Assembly: GCA_048128005.1 (NCBI GenBank)
Contig: JBEUKZ010000115.1
Coordinates: forward strand, 434,001-498,000
Direction of reading: 5' to 3'
DNA length: 64,000 nucleotides
Source of the DNA: Veleropilina oligotropha
Taxonomy: Eukaryota
Both the position numbers and the translations under genes were made by a program. Numbering within the stretch: the stretch's first letter is position 1; every line of letters starts with the position of its first letter. The notes under the pieces were generated by a model that was not told the DNA's origin, searched no databases, and saw only the letters and a list, made by a program, of their open reading frames with translations. Of the stretch, positions 1 through 12,623 are shown one piece after another.

Positions 1-55
1 ACAAGCCAGTGAATTTAGAGTGGACACTCTACCCCCTGCGCTACCGAAGCGGCCG
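1..55 (-). mobile_element. tRNA-derived SINE, 5' head only (cut by window edge)
   Basis: Near-identical to 21557-21612 (caagccagtgaatttagagtggacactct...ggccg). Confidence 0.7.
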
Positions 56-1659
56 TATTTTAGAATGACGCTGAGCAATTTTGGTGTCTGTACTGGGCCA
101 GAGTGGTGGAATCCCTTTCAATTTTACTTAAAATGACATCACTACATGGAATCCTCTACGCGCAAATAAATCTCGCGTGCAGGAAAGGGGACCGATTGCT
201 TTTTTGTAGGACGGACGAAATTGTAGCTTGACATGCACGACTCAATGTTCGGTCATACATAACAGAACTGGTTCCTTTTCCTGCACGTGAACTGCGCGCG
301 ACGTGCACGCACATGTTTTCTGCCCTTTATTATTCGAGGTATTTACGTCACGACGATATTATACAAAGGTGCAATGGCGTTACAACGTCCGAGGAACAAC
401 GTTATTTCGACATCGAATTATCACGTTGAAAACAACTCTGATTATTCGATGTGTTTACTTTTCGACGAAAGGGTACAATGCCGACGGCAGCCATATTGGA
501 TGATTTTTACTCTACCTCTTCCCTCTTCCGCCTCGGGGGGGGGGGGGGGGGGGTGGGTGAGAGAGCAGTAGAGATATTCTGAAAACAGAAGACCCCTTCC
601 GAGTCGAATCGATCGACTGGAAGACACTAGATTCAGAAGATGTGAATCGATCGCGCCCATGTCTTTGTCCCGGTTGAGTTACTGTATAATTTCTTTAAAT
701 TAATTAAACCGTGATAAGTCGAACTTGGATAACTCGAATGAAGTATTTTGGAAGTCCCCGTGTAACTATTTCTTCATATGGATATCACAAGAACTACATG
801 TGACAATTATAATACGAGACAGCATTCGTTTTTTAGGTATCGGAACACTTTGCATGATTTAATTCGATGTCAATCACGACCGCGCATAAAAATTATATTT
901 ACAATAATATTGCCAAGAAAATTTATCGTTATTACTGTCGAACGGTCAGATTAATATTATAATATAATATGAATCAATCAATTTAGTCTAGTGTTGGGAC
1001 ATATAACATGTAACATGGGGTATTATATGACACCGTGGGCCTTGCTTATTTTGATAAGTTAGCAATAAAAGACCAATCATGAATGACAGGACGAAGCTTA
1101 CATATTTATATAAGAAAGCATTAACTTGTCTCAAGAGAGACTGTGATATAGTGGAAACCACTAAAACATTGAAAATGCATGCCTAAATATAGAAATCATG
1201 TCAAAAAGGCTATTATATCAACAGACATATAAGAAGGACATTAACCATTAAACTAATTTAACTGGCATCAATTGCGTTTCCATTGAAATTAATAAAATTC
1301 TGACTATTTTATTATACCACATTACCAAAGGATAACGCCATTATGATATCAAGTGTAAGCACGTTATTTATTCAAGTTCTCAACTTTTGTTGTACTACGA
1401 ATCGAGGTTCAAAATGTATCAATATTTTCCATCAGTTGTTACTGGTGAGGGCAAACACAAAAACCCACGACATTATACAACACGTGATATGATAGGAAAG
1501 ATCATTTTGCCGCATCTCTTCCAGCAGGTCAAAGTGTTGGAATGATGCCTTTTAACAAACCATTTTAACCTCTTTCTAATTTTGGGTTTATCTCTATCAA
1601 AAGTAGGGCCGCTCTGATAGTCGTGTGGTTTTGGTTGTAGACTCCGAAAAATCACTGGC

Positions 1660-1882
1660 TTCATTTCGCTGACAAGTACAGTAGTGGTTTCAAACCTCGG
1701 TTGAGATATGGCATTATATGTTCAAGTTAAGTCACAGTTGTCCGTAACAGGTCGGAAAGGGCGGATTTCCATTTCCACGGACGACCTGGCTTTCCTCCCG
1801 CGATAATATGGACACGTCATGCTTTGAACCTAATGATGGCTGGAAATATTCAGAACATTGAACATCATCCTTTCCTTTCCTC
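1660..1882 (+). mobile_element. Degenerate SINE copy, same family as 21349-21612
   Basis: Aligns by eye to the reverse complement of 21349-21560 (gtagtggtttcaaacc...tttcctcccgcgataa...catcatcctttcc). Confidence 0.65.
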
Positions 1883-3909
1883 TATCAATAGCAAGTGACA
1901 ATGCTATAGCGACCTAGGGATCTAAACATTCATGTGCCACCGACGACAGCAATAATAACTGTAATATTTCATTAATATTGCGTCTTTGGTGGCCACAATG
2001 AATTTCCTCAATAATAATGAAGCAATATTTTTGTCAATAATATTGATCTTGTGTGGGCCGCGTTACAGACACGAGTGTATATATATACAGTTTGTAAATG
2101 ATATTTAGTCTCTTTTTCTAATGCTGTATTAGCATCTGCATCTGACCTATTTTTCCACTGTTGCCCACCTGACTTGCTACCCAACAACAAAAACAATATA
2201 ATGATCAGTGATACTGTCATTGAGTTCGATAAATTTCAAAATGTAAGTGACTGACGAAACTTCCTTGAATTAATTGAATAATAAAGTCTGCTACATGTAT
2301 TTTGTGTTAATATAACGTTCACTTGGTGCTATAGACAATCACAGCGGCATAATAGGAATTGATACATGAATATGCGATAAATCGCAGCGCACCCATAATA
2401 TACCCAAGGGTGGTTGTTTCGTACCTTGATAGTATTTTTTATACAAAGTGAACCTTACCAAATACAATGTCTCTTCAGCATGTGGGCACACTATATGTCA
2501 ACAAGTTACTTATATACCATAAGCGCCTGCCTGCCAATGATTATTAGGTCAATGTGTCAAGGTCAAGTTATTTTTATGTATTTACTTTCTGTCTGTTTGA
2601 AGATTGTTCTGTGTTAATATAGGACGAACCACTGGGCTCACACCATCAGTATTTAGTTTACATTTTTGTGCACCACCAGGCATTGTATAAATTTCAAGGT
2701 CACGGTCATTTTTGCGCACTTACATTTAGTCACTTTGAAGAAGGCTTTATATCATTTAGAAAACGAATGATCAATCTAAACCTTGTATAGTTGGCATATA
2801 CTTTGAATACCATCAAGCCTTGTGTAAGTTATAACATGAAGTCGTATTTACATTCTGTAACTTAGACCATTGCTTTCTCTAATATACGTCTTATATAAGC
2901 TATAACTATTTAACTATACGTTTTATCCTTGGCTGTGGATTGGTGCTTATATTAAGTAAAAGATAATACACTGTGAGCCCGAACGACATATACAAATAAC
3001 AGGCCGAATGAGAGCGAAACTTAGTTATATCGCCTAAGGGTTACAGCTGTATTATCTGTTATACACACCATGAAAATCTATTGTAATTTGCAAACTGTCA
3101 CTATTTAAGACAAAATTGTAAAACATAACATGCTCTTAAGTGCTATACGAGAGTTGACTCTTTCGTTGGTAAGGTCTCAAATTCTTTGCTCAAATAACTA
3201 ACTCATGATAGTGTGTAACTTATTGTGCTCCGCAAAGAAATTATTATGTGTCTTGTCATTGGGCTGCCAGCTTGGATTTGTTTACCAAACCTCATTTTCA
3301 CATAGGTTTTATTTTAATTGCTGTGATTCGCGCGAAGCCCTGTACAGCTGCTTGCAGCTTGAATTTATTATTATTTTTGTTTATCCGCCGATTTTTGTAA
3401 CAGCGGTAACTCGAAAACCGCTTTTACCAAGCGTTTCAATCTTTGACAAAATGCGCGGACATAAGCCATGTTTTATTTCGCGAAATTTTGACATCGTAAG
3501 ACTCGGCGTTCGGCCGCTATTTAAAATTAATTACAAATTTAATCTTCTTCTCAAAAACTGGCATCATCGGCCAAGTCGCGTTTCTGCAATCCCACAAACC
3601 GTGGAACATTCTACTAGGCCATTATGGAGGTGAGCCCAATTGTGTACATCGTTTTAGAGTTCGTCGGAAGCCGGGGTCGCAAATGTTAAATTCGCGAAAC
3701 GGCTCTAATTAAACGAACTAAATCCAACTGGTAGCATGCAAATATCAGACAACAAAAATATATAATGGATTGCGTTATCTTTATTTTGTAATAATTATAG
3801 ACTATGTAGGCCAATCAAGAATTGCAGACAATACACATAATGAAGTTTCGGTAGATGCCAGAGATATATACAGTAATCATATTAATACATAAATTATTCT
3901 GATATTGAA

Positions 3910-4176
3910 TCAGAAAAAACCTTCATCCCGAATGCGCCGTACTATTTCATTTGGGATACTCGGTATATGCCGAATCGATGCGCGCGCATATACCCTGGTC
4001 GAAGTGAGTACAACCGGGAGACAGCCGGTAGGCCTAGGTGCACACAAACAAGTCTGCCCAATGTCACCCGCCGGTGTACGGTATAGTTCGCGACACCGGT
4101 GTTCGTTTACGAAAATCGCCGATGATTGTGACAGTGTCACTATCCATATTAGCAAACACGCTAGCAATTTAATCAT
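3910..4176 (-). CDS. Candidate small secreted cysteine-containing peptide (88 aa, unknown)
   Basis: ATG start, signal-peptide-like MIKLLACLLIWIVTLSQSSA, 4 Cys in the mature part, GC-richer than flanks, AATAAA about 125 bp after the stop (3785-3780). No homology recognised. Confidence 0.45.
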   Translation of the reverse strand: MIKLLACLLIWIVTLSQSSAIFVNEHRCRELYRTPAGDIGQTCLCAPRPTGCLPVVLTSTRVYARASIRHIPSIPNEIVRRIRDEGFF

Positions 4177-6098
4177 AGTCAGAATATTCTAGCTAGGTCT
4201 TTCTGAATCACAAAATGAAGCTACTTTAATTGTTTAATTTAAGACAGATTTGAAACATTATCATAGCCCTATTATTGTTGGGATTTATTTATAAATTGCT
4301 GATTGGTAAGTAGACAATTCGTATTTCCTTCTCAGGCATCGAGCCTATATAACCTTTTTAGCTATTTGAACTTATGCATGTTACCATAAAATTCACCTTG
4401 CTCGAATTTATTTTTCTCTTTTTTAGAGTAACAAGACTTAGTTAAGAAAAAAGGAAATATTTTAACGACCGAACATAAATAAAATTACCAATTATTACAT
4501 GTTAGCAGTTTATTTGTGAGCGGGAATGTATAGGTCTTATATTTTGTGATTTTTAAAATATATGATCGTAATTAATACGATTTAGACCACCTTATAAGAT
4601 GAATCTTAATATGCGCAGATGGGTTCATACGTAGGAATAAAGCCATGAATCCATGTGCATGTAGTGGGTATGCGCCTATTTGACAAAATGTATCAAAATC
4701 AGTAAGAAAGATGTAGGATATGTTATAGGCTACGCCGGGAGGTGGTCATTATTTTATTACGTTTATTGATCCATTTAAAAAAGTTTAATTCAAGATAATA
4801 TATGAACGTAATTTTATGACACGAACAAACAGATATCGTAGCTTTATTACAATCTGTGTCTGTGGAAATTATATACTGTATTTAAAATATCCTTGTATAA
4901 TAAAGAGAAGCTTACGGCACAAAAGCTTATCGACCAACATGACGCATTTCATTTCGAAAAAAGACAATGTGCGCTACGAGTTCGTAGCTTTTATGCAAAA
5001 TGAACTAATGTACGTGTATATATATGTATACGCGCATTGCGTACTGTATGTATACCTGTGTCTGTGAAGCCAATCATGAGCTTTCAATTGGCACGACAAA
5101 AACTTCTTGCCTACGTTTGCATATGGAGCGTTTCCATTATATTAGTGCAATTGCAGTCCACCTCTGGCTGGATGTATATTTTCCCCGATATAGGCCTACA
5201 AGAGGACTGTAGGTAGTCTACGTCAATTATTAATATAATAGGTACGTTAACACATTACCCAAATCCGGGAAATGTTAATGTGCAGTAAGAATAATTATCA
5301 GAACAATTATATTATATTTTAGCATGCTAATAGCAATGTAATTGTTTGGTCATCTTAATACAGACATGGGTAAACCTGTTGGCAATGATGCAACGTAGAT
5401 ACATGGTCACTATGGGGAGCCTATAGGAAGTCATGGTTGGGCTTTCAAATGCCACCATGACCTTTGACCTCAGATGGCCTACATTGCTCTAAATGACATA
5501 ATTGAGGAAAAATTTATATATGTGTGCCTATAGTGGATAAAGTGAACTTCTATTGATGTGTGTAGTCGGCATTTACCAAATTTGCCAGATAAAATTGAAA
5601 GGGAGGAAGTGCCTCGGTAGACATTAAAGCATTTGTTTCAAGTGGCATAATGTATAAAAAGGGATGCACCACGAACACATGGTTACTATGGGGATGCTAT
5701 GGGAAGTTATGGTTGATCTTTCACATGTGACCTTGGCCATTGACCTCCATTGCAGGAAATTGAAAAACAGAACAAAATGGCCACCACATTTTCCTTAAAA
5801 AGGCCAGAAATTGAGACCGACGTGGCGTACAGACCTGAAATTAGCGGCATACGATTCAGAGTGGCCATATGTATATATTAATAAATTTAAAGGAAATTTG
5901 TTTAGAATTTTTTTACAAAATTAAATTATTTTTTATATTTATAATTGCTATGATTCGCATGAAGCCCTGTACAGCTGTATGCAGCTTTCATTATTATTAT
6001 TACTGCTAGCAAAGATCAAGTTTTTGACTTGACTATGTGTCACTACTTAAGTGAGCTGCTAACGTAACTGTATTCTCTAGGATAACACTTTGACTTAC

Positions 6099-6201
6099 CG
6101 ATGAGTGTCCGTCCGTCTGTCATCTGGATCTTCAAACTCTTGTTCAACCAGCTTTCAAGCTTCAATTTTCCATCAGACACTGGATCCTCCAAAGCCTCAC
6201 T
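6099..6201 (-). CDS. NAA38: NAA38 (NatC auxiliary subunit, LSm domain), coding exon 2
   Basis: CAG acceptor and GTAAG donor; translates SEALEDPVSDGKLKLESWLNKSLKIQMTDGRTLI(G), matching the Sm1 motif of NAA38/LSMD1 (LNKxMxIxMTDGRTLxG). Confidence 0.88.
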
Positions 6202-8638
6202 CTGAAACCATATATTACGTATTCACATAGAAACACGACAGACACTCAACCGAATGCCTGTATGTCGGTCAGATCTGAGTGAGACCTTAAACCGGACGTC
6301 CACAAATTTCCAAAAGTGGTCTTGAAACAAAGTTGCCAACCAACCACAATTTGGACTATGTGAGAGCATCGATTCAAACACATAACAACGAATCACGGGC
6401 ACTTTCCAGGCTCACCAATGTATAGTGCATTCTTTAATAATATCATATCACAGTCCCTGGAATCAGTGGATAATAATCAATATCGCCAAGCAAATGCCTC
6501 ACCCATTGCTGGTTACATTATGTCATAACATAGTGAAAGTTGAGCAATGAGAAAATGGCGCTAATCAGTAATCAGAGCGGAGTTTCAAATAAAACTAACG
6601 CTGAAGGGGTCGATGTCATCAAGGATACTACAGACATGTACCCAGGGTACATTTAAGTATACATACATGTACCCAGATAATTTTATGAATAGATAGAGGT
6701 ACCTTTCAAATAATAAAGGTACCCTAAGGAAATTTCAGACACCTTCTCGTGAGATTCAGCCATTTAGTTAACTGGTAAACTCCCTAATGACTGTTATCAC
6801 TGCCATAAATTATAGACAATTCACCGCCAAGCAATTAGCTAATTCTTTCCAGTAAATTTTCACATTGTAGAATTGTCCCAGAAACAACTACGGCTATTTT
6901 ATGTTAAATTATTTGACACTTTTAAGATGCCGTAACTGATATACATTATGCATATAGCATACGCATTTCGTGCAATAAATGTTTATTTCATGCATTAATG
7001 AAGCAACAATTGTCTGTTTGATTGTGTTGATTAGTTTGTTTGCGTGGTTAGGCGTGTTAAATTGATAATTTATTCTTGTCCCATGCGCGCTTTGGTTCAC
7101 ACGTGTCGATTTCGCCCGCACTGCATTTCAACACACACAAAATTGGGATTTTTTTTTGACAAAATTGGAATTTTTAAAAAATAAATATTTTTTCTCTTTG
7201 CAAACAGTATTCATGTCATATAAATATCGCTCCCTGAAGATTCTCTATTACACCTTATCCTGACATTTAAGTGTTCCAAACATTATGCTGAAGTTTTTGG
7301 TCTGCTCTTGTTCACATGAAAATCAATATGCATTACACGGTCACCTTATGAATATTTATTAGCCATGACGCGCATACTATTTAGTAGCCATGCCGCGCAT
7401 ACTATTTCCTGACATGTGCATAGTATTTACTATCGAAGAAAAATCGGTCAAAAACTGTTGTTTACTACCAAAATTTACGTTGTTTAGCAAGTATAAAGAC
7501 TAGTGTTTACGTTTGGACATCAGTATATGGAAGTAGGAACTTATCGCAATGTGTATATCGTTACTTTTACATAATGAATGGCTGTGAAATGCTATGCCGA
7601 AGCGTGAATTACGTTACTGGAAGACCGCATGTCGAAGAATGAGGTCAGCCAGCATAGGTCAACATGACAGCATTGATCAGCTGATATCGATGTTTACCTT
7701 TCGGCTAATAATTAAATAGCAAAGATGGTAAATACATTTAATTATTAAATGTTTATAGACTACGAGCTGCTAATACACATAGCATTTGATTGAACACTGG
7801 AATTACAAGCAATGTTTGAATTTCTGTACTTGACCTCTTTTGCGTGACGTCATTGATACGGAAATGCATTTGTGTGACGTACCTCTGTTTGACACTTGAC
7901 AACAACATTTTAAGTATAATTTCTAAATAAGTTTTTTTATTGAATGTGAATATATACTAGAAAACATATATTTATATTTATTTATATATATGTAAACATA
8001 TATACACACGCACACATGTGTATATAATGACACACATGCATGCACACACATTCTTGTGCATGCACACATATGTGTGCACACATACATACATTTATGGCTG
8101 TTATAACTAAAAAGTTATACTATTTTATTCTGTAAACTATAAAACATTCCTATTCTGAATGACCTAATGTTTCTATAATTTTATTTACAGCCTGACCTGA
8201 GGAACGCAAGCTGGGTTCAAGTGTACTTAATTTGTAATATGACATATATATAAAAATATATTAAATTTTTATATTAATTGTTATTTGTGAGCCACCCTGT
8301 AAAAATATGATGTAACAATGCAGCCATTACACAACATTACTTTGAAGATCATTCTATTATCTTTCATGTGATATATAGTTTGTATAGTTTGTGAGCAGGA
8401 ATATGTGCCATGTAGTACATCTACAAATGTCCTATGACAAACTAAAGGTTTTTCCCAATTAACCAAAGAGTTAACACTGTTCTTTGTTGAATGTTTCTTT
8501 ACTATCATCATTATTTTATTTTGTTTTAAAATAATTGGGTCATGGTATCAAGTTCACTGTCTAATCAATCTTATAGTGCCTCAAATAATTTCATTAAAAT
8601 TTAAATTGCATCTTAGACTTAATTAAATGTATTATCTA

Positions 8639-8881
8639 ATAGGAGGATTAAGAGTAATCCCCTTGTATCTATAATAATATACTTACGTCCTTACTAATGC
8701 CATAATAAGCCTATTATCGCTAAATCCGGACAAGGTGGAAATGGTAATTTCGCACTTTTTAGTAAATTTAACCCAGCTGACCCACTGACCTGCTCGACCT
8801 CCTCCAGTTCATGTCTATTAAGAGCTCGCCAACTCCCGCGAGATCCTCGTGACCCAAGGGTCAAGACCTCATCCGAAGTTT
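8639..8881 (-). repeat. DIRS 3' inverted terminal repeat plus terminal extension
   Basis: Reverse complement of about 15666-15870 with very few mismatches; the extra terminal ~38 bp are complementary to the ICR. Confidence 0.92.
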
Positions 8882-8953
8882 CTGCAAACCCCAAGACAAA
8901 GAACTTATATAAGAGGGGAGGTGCGAAGCAGGGTGGGCCAAGTGGGTAAGGAA

Positions 8954-9036
8954 GTAAGTATATTATTATAGATACAAGGGGATTACTCTTAATCCTCCTA
9001 TCTATATCAAATATACTTACGTCCTTACTAATGCCA
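8954..9036 (-). other. DIRS internal complementary region (ICR)
   Basis: 8954-9001 is the reverse complement of 8639-8686 and 8999-9036 that of 15844-15881, overlapping at TAT. Confidence 0.92.
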
Positions 9037-9823
9037 AGAATAACTTTGGTTGGCGGAGTTATAAGTTCCATACACCAAAATTAAAACTTACTTGTTACCA
9101 GAAGACGACGCTTTAGCGTTGAGATCGAGTCCGTTCAGAGTGGATTTTACTGAGCATCAAATCTACCCTTACCCCGAGGTGAGATTTCGACCAAGAAATC
9201 TGGGAAAACACGCCAGGGATGTTAGTCGGACAGGTAACACGAAAGTGCATGTAGCTCCGGACACCGGCGGAAGGTATACCTTGAGGCACTCGTGTCATGA
9301 GCAAAGACAGTGGACTGAATATTCCGGACTCAAAGGTCGGCAGACAGAAAACTGCAAGACGTGGTTTTTAGAAGCACCCGAACCTAGGCAGGTAGATAGT
9401 GTTATAAAACCGTGACAATTATCAATAGATTGAAGAAAATTTCAATAACTTCATCTTGAATAATAAATTTTTGCATGTCCAACTTGCAAAATGTCAACAT
9501 GATACATGTTACTTAAATAATTTTAAGTAGAGAATAATATTAAATTTTTCCAATGTACGCACATTGAAATGTTCTGCGACAGCAAAGAGAACATTTTTAA
9601 AAATAATATTATTTACAAAAAACATTTTTAAGATTTAATAATATAAATGTCTACATCCAATGTGGGCATTACTTCATATTAACTCAGTATGAATAGATAA
9701 TTTCAATTTCTTAATCAGTTTAAGAAAGAAATAACATTGGAGTAAATTCTAATGGTGATTTCAATGTACACAAATAGAATTACATTATATTACCTCAGTG
9801 CCTGGTACAATTCCTTACACCAA

Positions 9824-12623
9824 TCACTGTAGGGATGACCCAGATCCCCTGTTACATTGTTGTCCTGCCGCCACAAAGGAAATCCGATGTTCACCTCCAG
9901 CCGCGGTCGCGTAATCACGCAGGTAAAAGCGAACAAAGGTATTAGCACTCTTCCAGTAACCAGCCTTTAAGATTGCATTGATATTCAAATTATATTTGAA
10001 GGCCAGAGAAGTCGCTAAAGCACGGGTCTCGGGTCCTATCCAGGTAGAATCTCAGCGCGCGAACCGGGCAGTTCAGGCGGTCGATATCATTTCTATCCAG
10101 CATGGAGAGGTTACGGATACAAACCTCGGGACTGATATCCTCAGGTCTTTGTGTCTTCGCGAGGAAGCCAAGGACTGTATGCAGCGTCACCGACCCATTG
10201 GTGTGGAAGTGTATATCTCGAAGCTCTCCGGATAAAGCGTGTATCTCCGAGGCCCTGTTACCGGTGGCGAGAGCGGTAAGAAATACGGTCTTATAAGTGA
10301 GATTTTTGAGGGAACAATCACTCATAGGCTCGTACGGGCCTCTAAGTAAAGCATTGAGAATTAACAAAACATTCCAAGCAGGCGGTCGCACCCGCTGAAT
10401 GGGCCGTTCGAGTTGATAGGAGCGTATGAAGTCCGATATTGTTTTGTCGGTAGACAAGCGGGTGTGCTCGCGGCATTGCCGTAACGTTGTTGCTACGCAT
10501 GAACGGTAGCCTTTGACAGCGGAAATTGACATTCCCCGTTCGAGCAACGACGATAAGAACTCGATAAATTTTGTCACAGGGGGGCGGAATATATTGACTT
10601 GCCGCCCGCGACACCAATCCAAAAATTTCTTCCATCGGTAGTCATATACCCTTGTTGTAGATTGTCTTCTAGATCGGTAAATGCGCTGGGCTGTCGCTCT
10701 AGAAAAGCCTTTCTTGATGAGCGATCTCTCGATAGTCGCCAGGCGTGAAAGTGAAACTCGCTCGCCGACGGGTGTAGGACCCGACTGCGCAGTTGCGATA
10801 ACAGGTCTGTCATCTGCGGTAGCGCTCGTGGCTGATCGATGAGTAGATCCAGAAGTGTCGGAAACCAGGACTGCGTGCGTTGTAGAGGTGCTATTAGCGT
10901 CAACTCGCAGTCTTCGCGGGTCGCTTTCCGTAGTACTTGTGCCAACATGCACGACGGTGGGAAGGCGTAGGCGATCAGATTCTCCCATCTCATTGACAGA
11001 GCGTCGACCGCAATAGCGGCCGGGTCCGGGTAAGGAGACACATAGAGAGGGAGTCGGTGATTGTATTCGGTTGCGAATAGATCGACTTGAGGCTGCGACC
11101 ACAAGCGGCAGACATCTCGGGCTACACGGGCGTGTAGCGTCCACTCTGTGTGTATAATCTGTGTTTTCCGAGAGAGCGTATCCGCTCTGACATTCAGCTT
11201 CCCCGGGATGTGTCGGGCTCGAATTGACGAGTTGAGTGACATCACTAGGCGGTGTAGGTCGATCGCTCGGTCGCAAAGCGGACGGGAGCGAGTGCCGCCC
11301 TGGTGCTGGATGTAAGCGACGACAGTCGTGTTGTCCGTTGCTAGCATTATGTGCTTGTCGCGGAGATGTGACGAGAGGGACTGTACTGACAGGTAGAAGA
11401 CGGCTTCTAGCTCTAGGAAGTTGATGTGTCGTCCCTGAAGGTCCGTAGGCCAGAGGCCCGATGTCTCGTGACTGTCGAGGTGACCTCCCCAGCCCTCGTT
11501 TGACGCGTCCGTGAAGAGGTAGGCGTTCGGTTCTGGGGGGGATATTGGAACCGACTGGCTCGGCAGGGTAGTGTTCAACCACACTGCTGTCGTGCGATTG
11601 AACCAATGCCGAAGATCGATGCGATCCGTCCACTGTCCCGTACGTTGTATCCAGTGGTCCTTGAAGGCCTGCTGCAACGGTCGTTTGTCCATGCGACCCG
11701 TCGGTAACAGGGGAGCTACCGACTCGATGTGCCCTAGGACAGTGGCCAGTCGTCGCGCTGTAGTTATCCGTGAAGACTTTGTTTCCAGTATAACTGCGCG
11801 TAGGTTCTCTATACGTTTCTGAGTCGGTTTCGCGGTGTACCGGACCGTGTCGAATTCGACCCCTAGAAATATAAACGTCGTCGAGGGCACGAAGCAGGAT
11901 TTGTCGTTGTTGATCTGTAATCCTAGGCGCTTCGCCGATGACAGGGTAACGCTCATAGACTGGAGGCACTGATCCCGGGACGCCCCGAGAATCAACCAGT
12001 CGTCGAGGTACATGTGTACTCTGTGCCCTTGCGAGTGTAGGAAGGCCCCGAGGGCCTGTACTACCCGCGTGAAGACGTACGGGGCTGACGATAGACCGAA
12101 CGGTAGACACCTGAATTGGTAGACCGTTCCCCCGTGAACAAACCGTAGGTACCGGTGAGCCGAGACGTGCATCGGAACGTGTAGGTACGCATCGGTCAAG
12201 TTGATAGACGCTGCCCAGTCGCCCGGACGGATGGCCGTTCGTATCTTCGAGAGTGTTTCTTGCTTGAACTTCTCGGTACGAAGATACTGGTTGAGGAACG
12301 ACAGATCGAGGATCGGTCGCCAACGGCCATCGGGTTTCGGGACCAGGAAAAAGTGGCTGTAATATCCTGGTGTGCTGGGCGGCGCGGGATAGATCGCTCT
12401 CTTTGAGAGTAAATCCTGCACTGCCTGGTCTAGGACGGCTTGTTTTTCTCCTATCAGGAGACGAGCGCGTCCTGGTGGTGGTGTCGCGTCTAGGGTTGGA
12501 TGCCGGTCGAATGCCAACTTGTATCCGGCACTCACGACTGAGTGAACCCAGTTGTCCTCTGTCATTTCTAGCCAGGACAGGCTGTACTCTAACAGACACG
12601 CTCCCACCGGCGGAAGCGTGCAA
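9824..12623 (-). pseudogene. DIRS tyrosine recombinase ORF, internally deleted and frameshifted
   Basis: ORF 9990-12623 has ALATGNRASEIHAL (catalytic R) and CPVRAL; the C-terminus ETRALATSLAF...GYWKSANTFVRFYLRD continues in another frame from about 10030 to the stop at 9824; the His of HxxR and the preceding segment are missing. Confidence 0.85.

Noticed and set aside
2958..3062. Another hairpin-ended Crypton-type element
   Set aside because: Only a degenerate inverted repeat; no matching distal terminus could be confirmed.
1..6098. NAA38 exon 3 (xFLCTD...)
   Set aside because: Not found by eye on the - strand; presumably left of the window.
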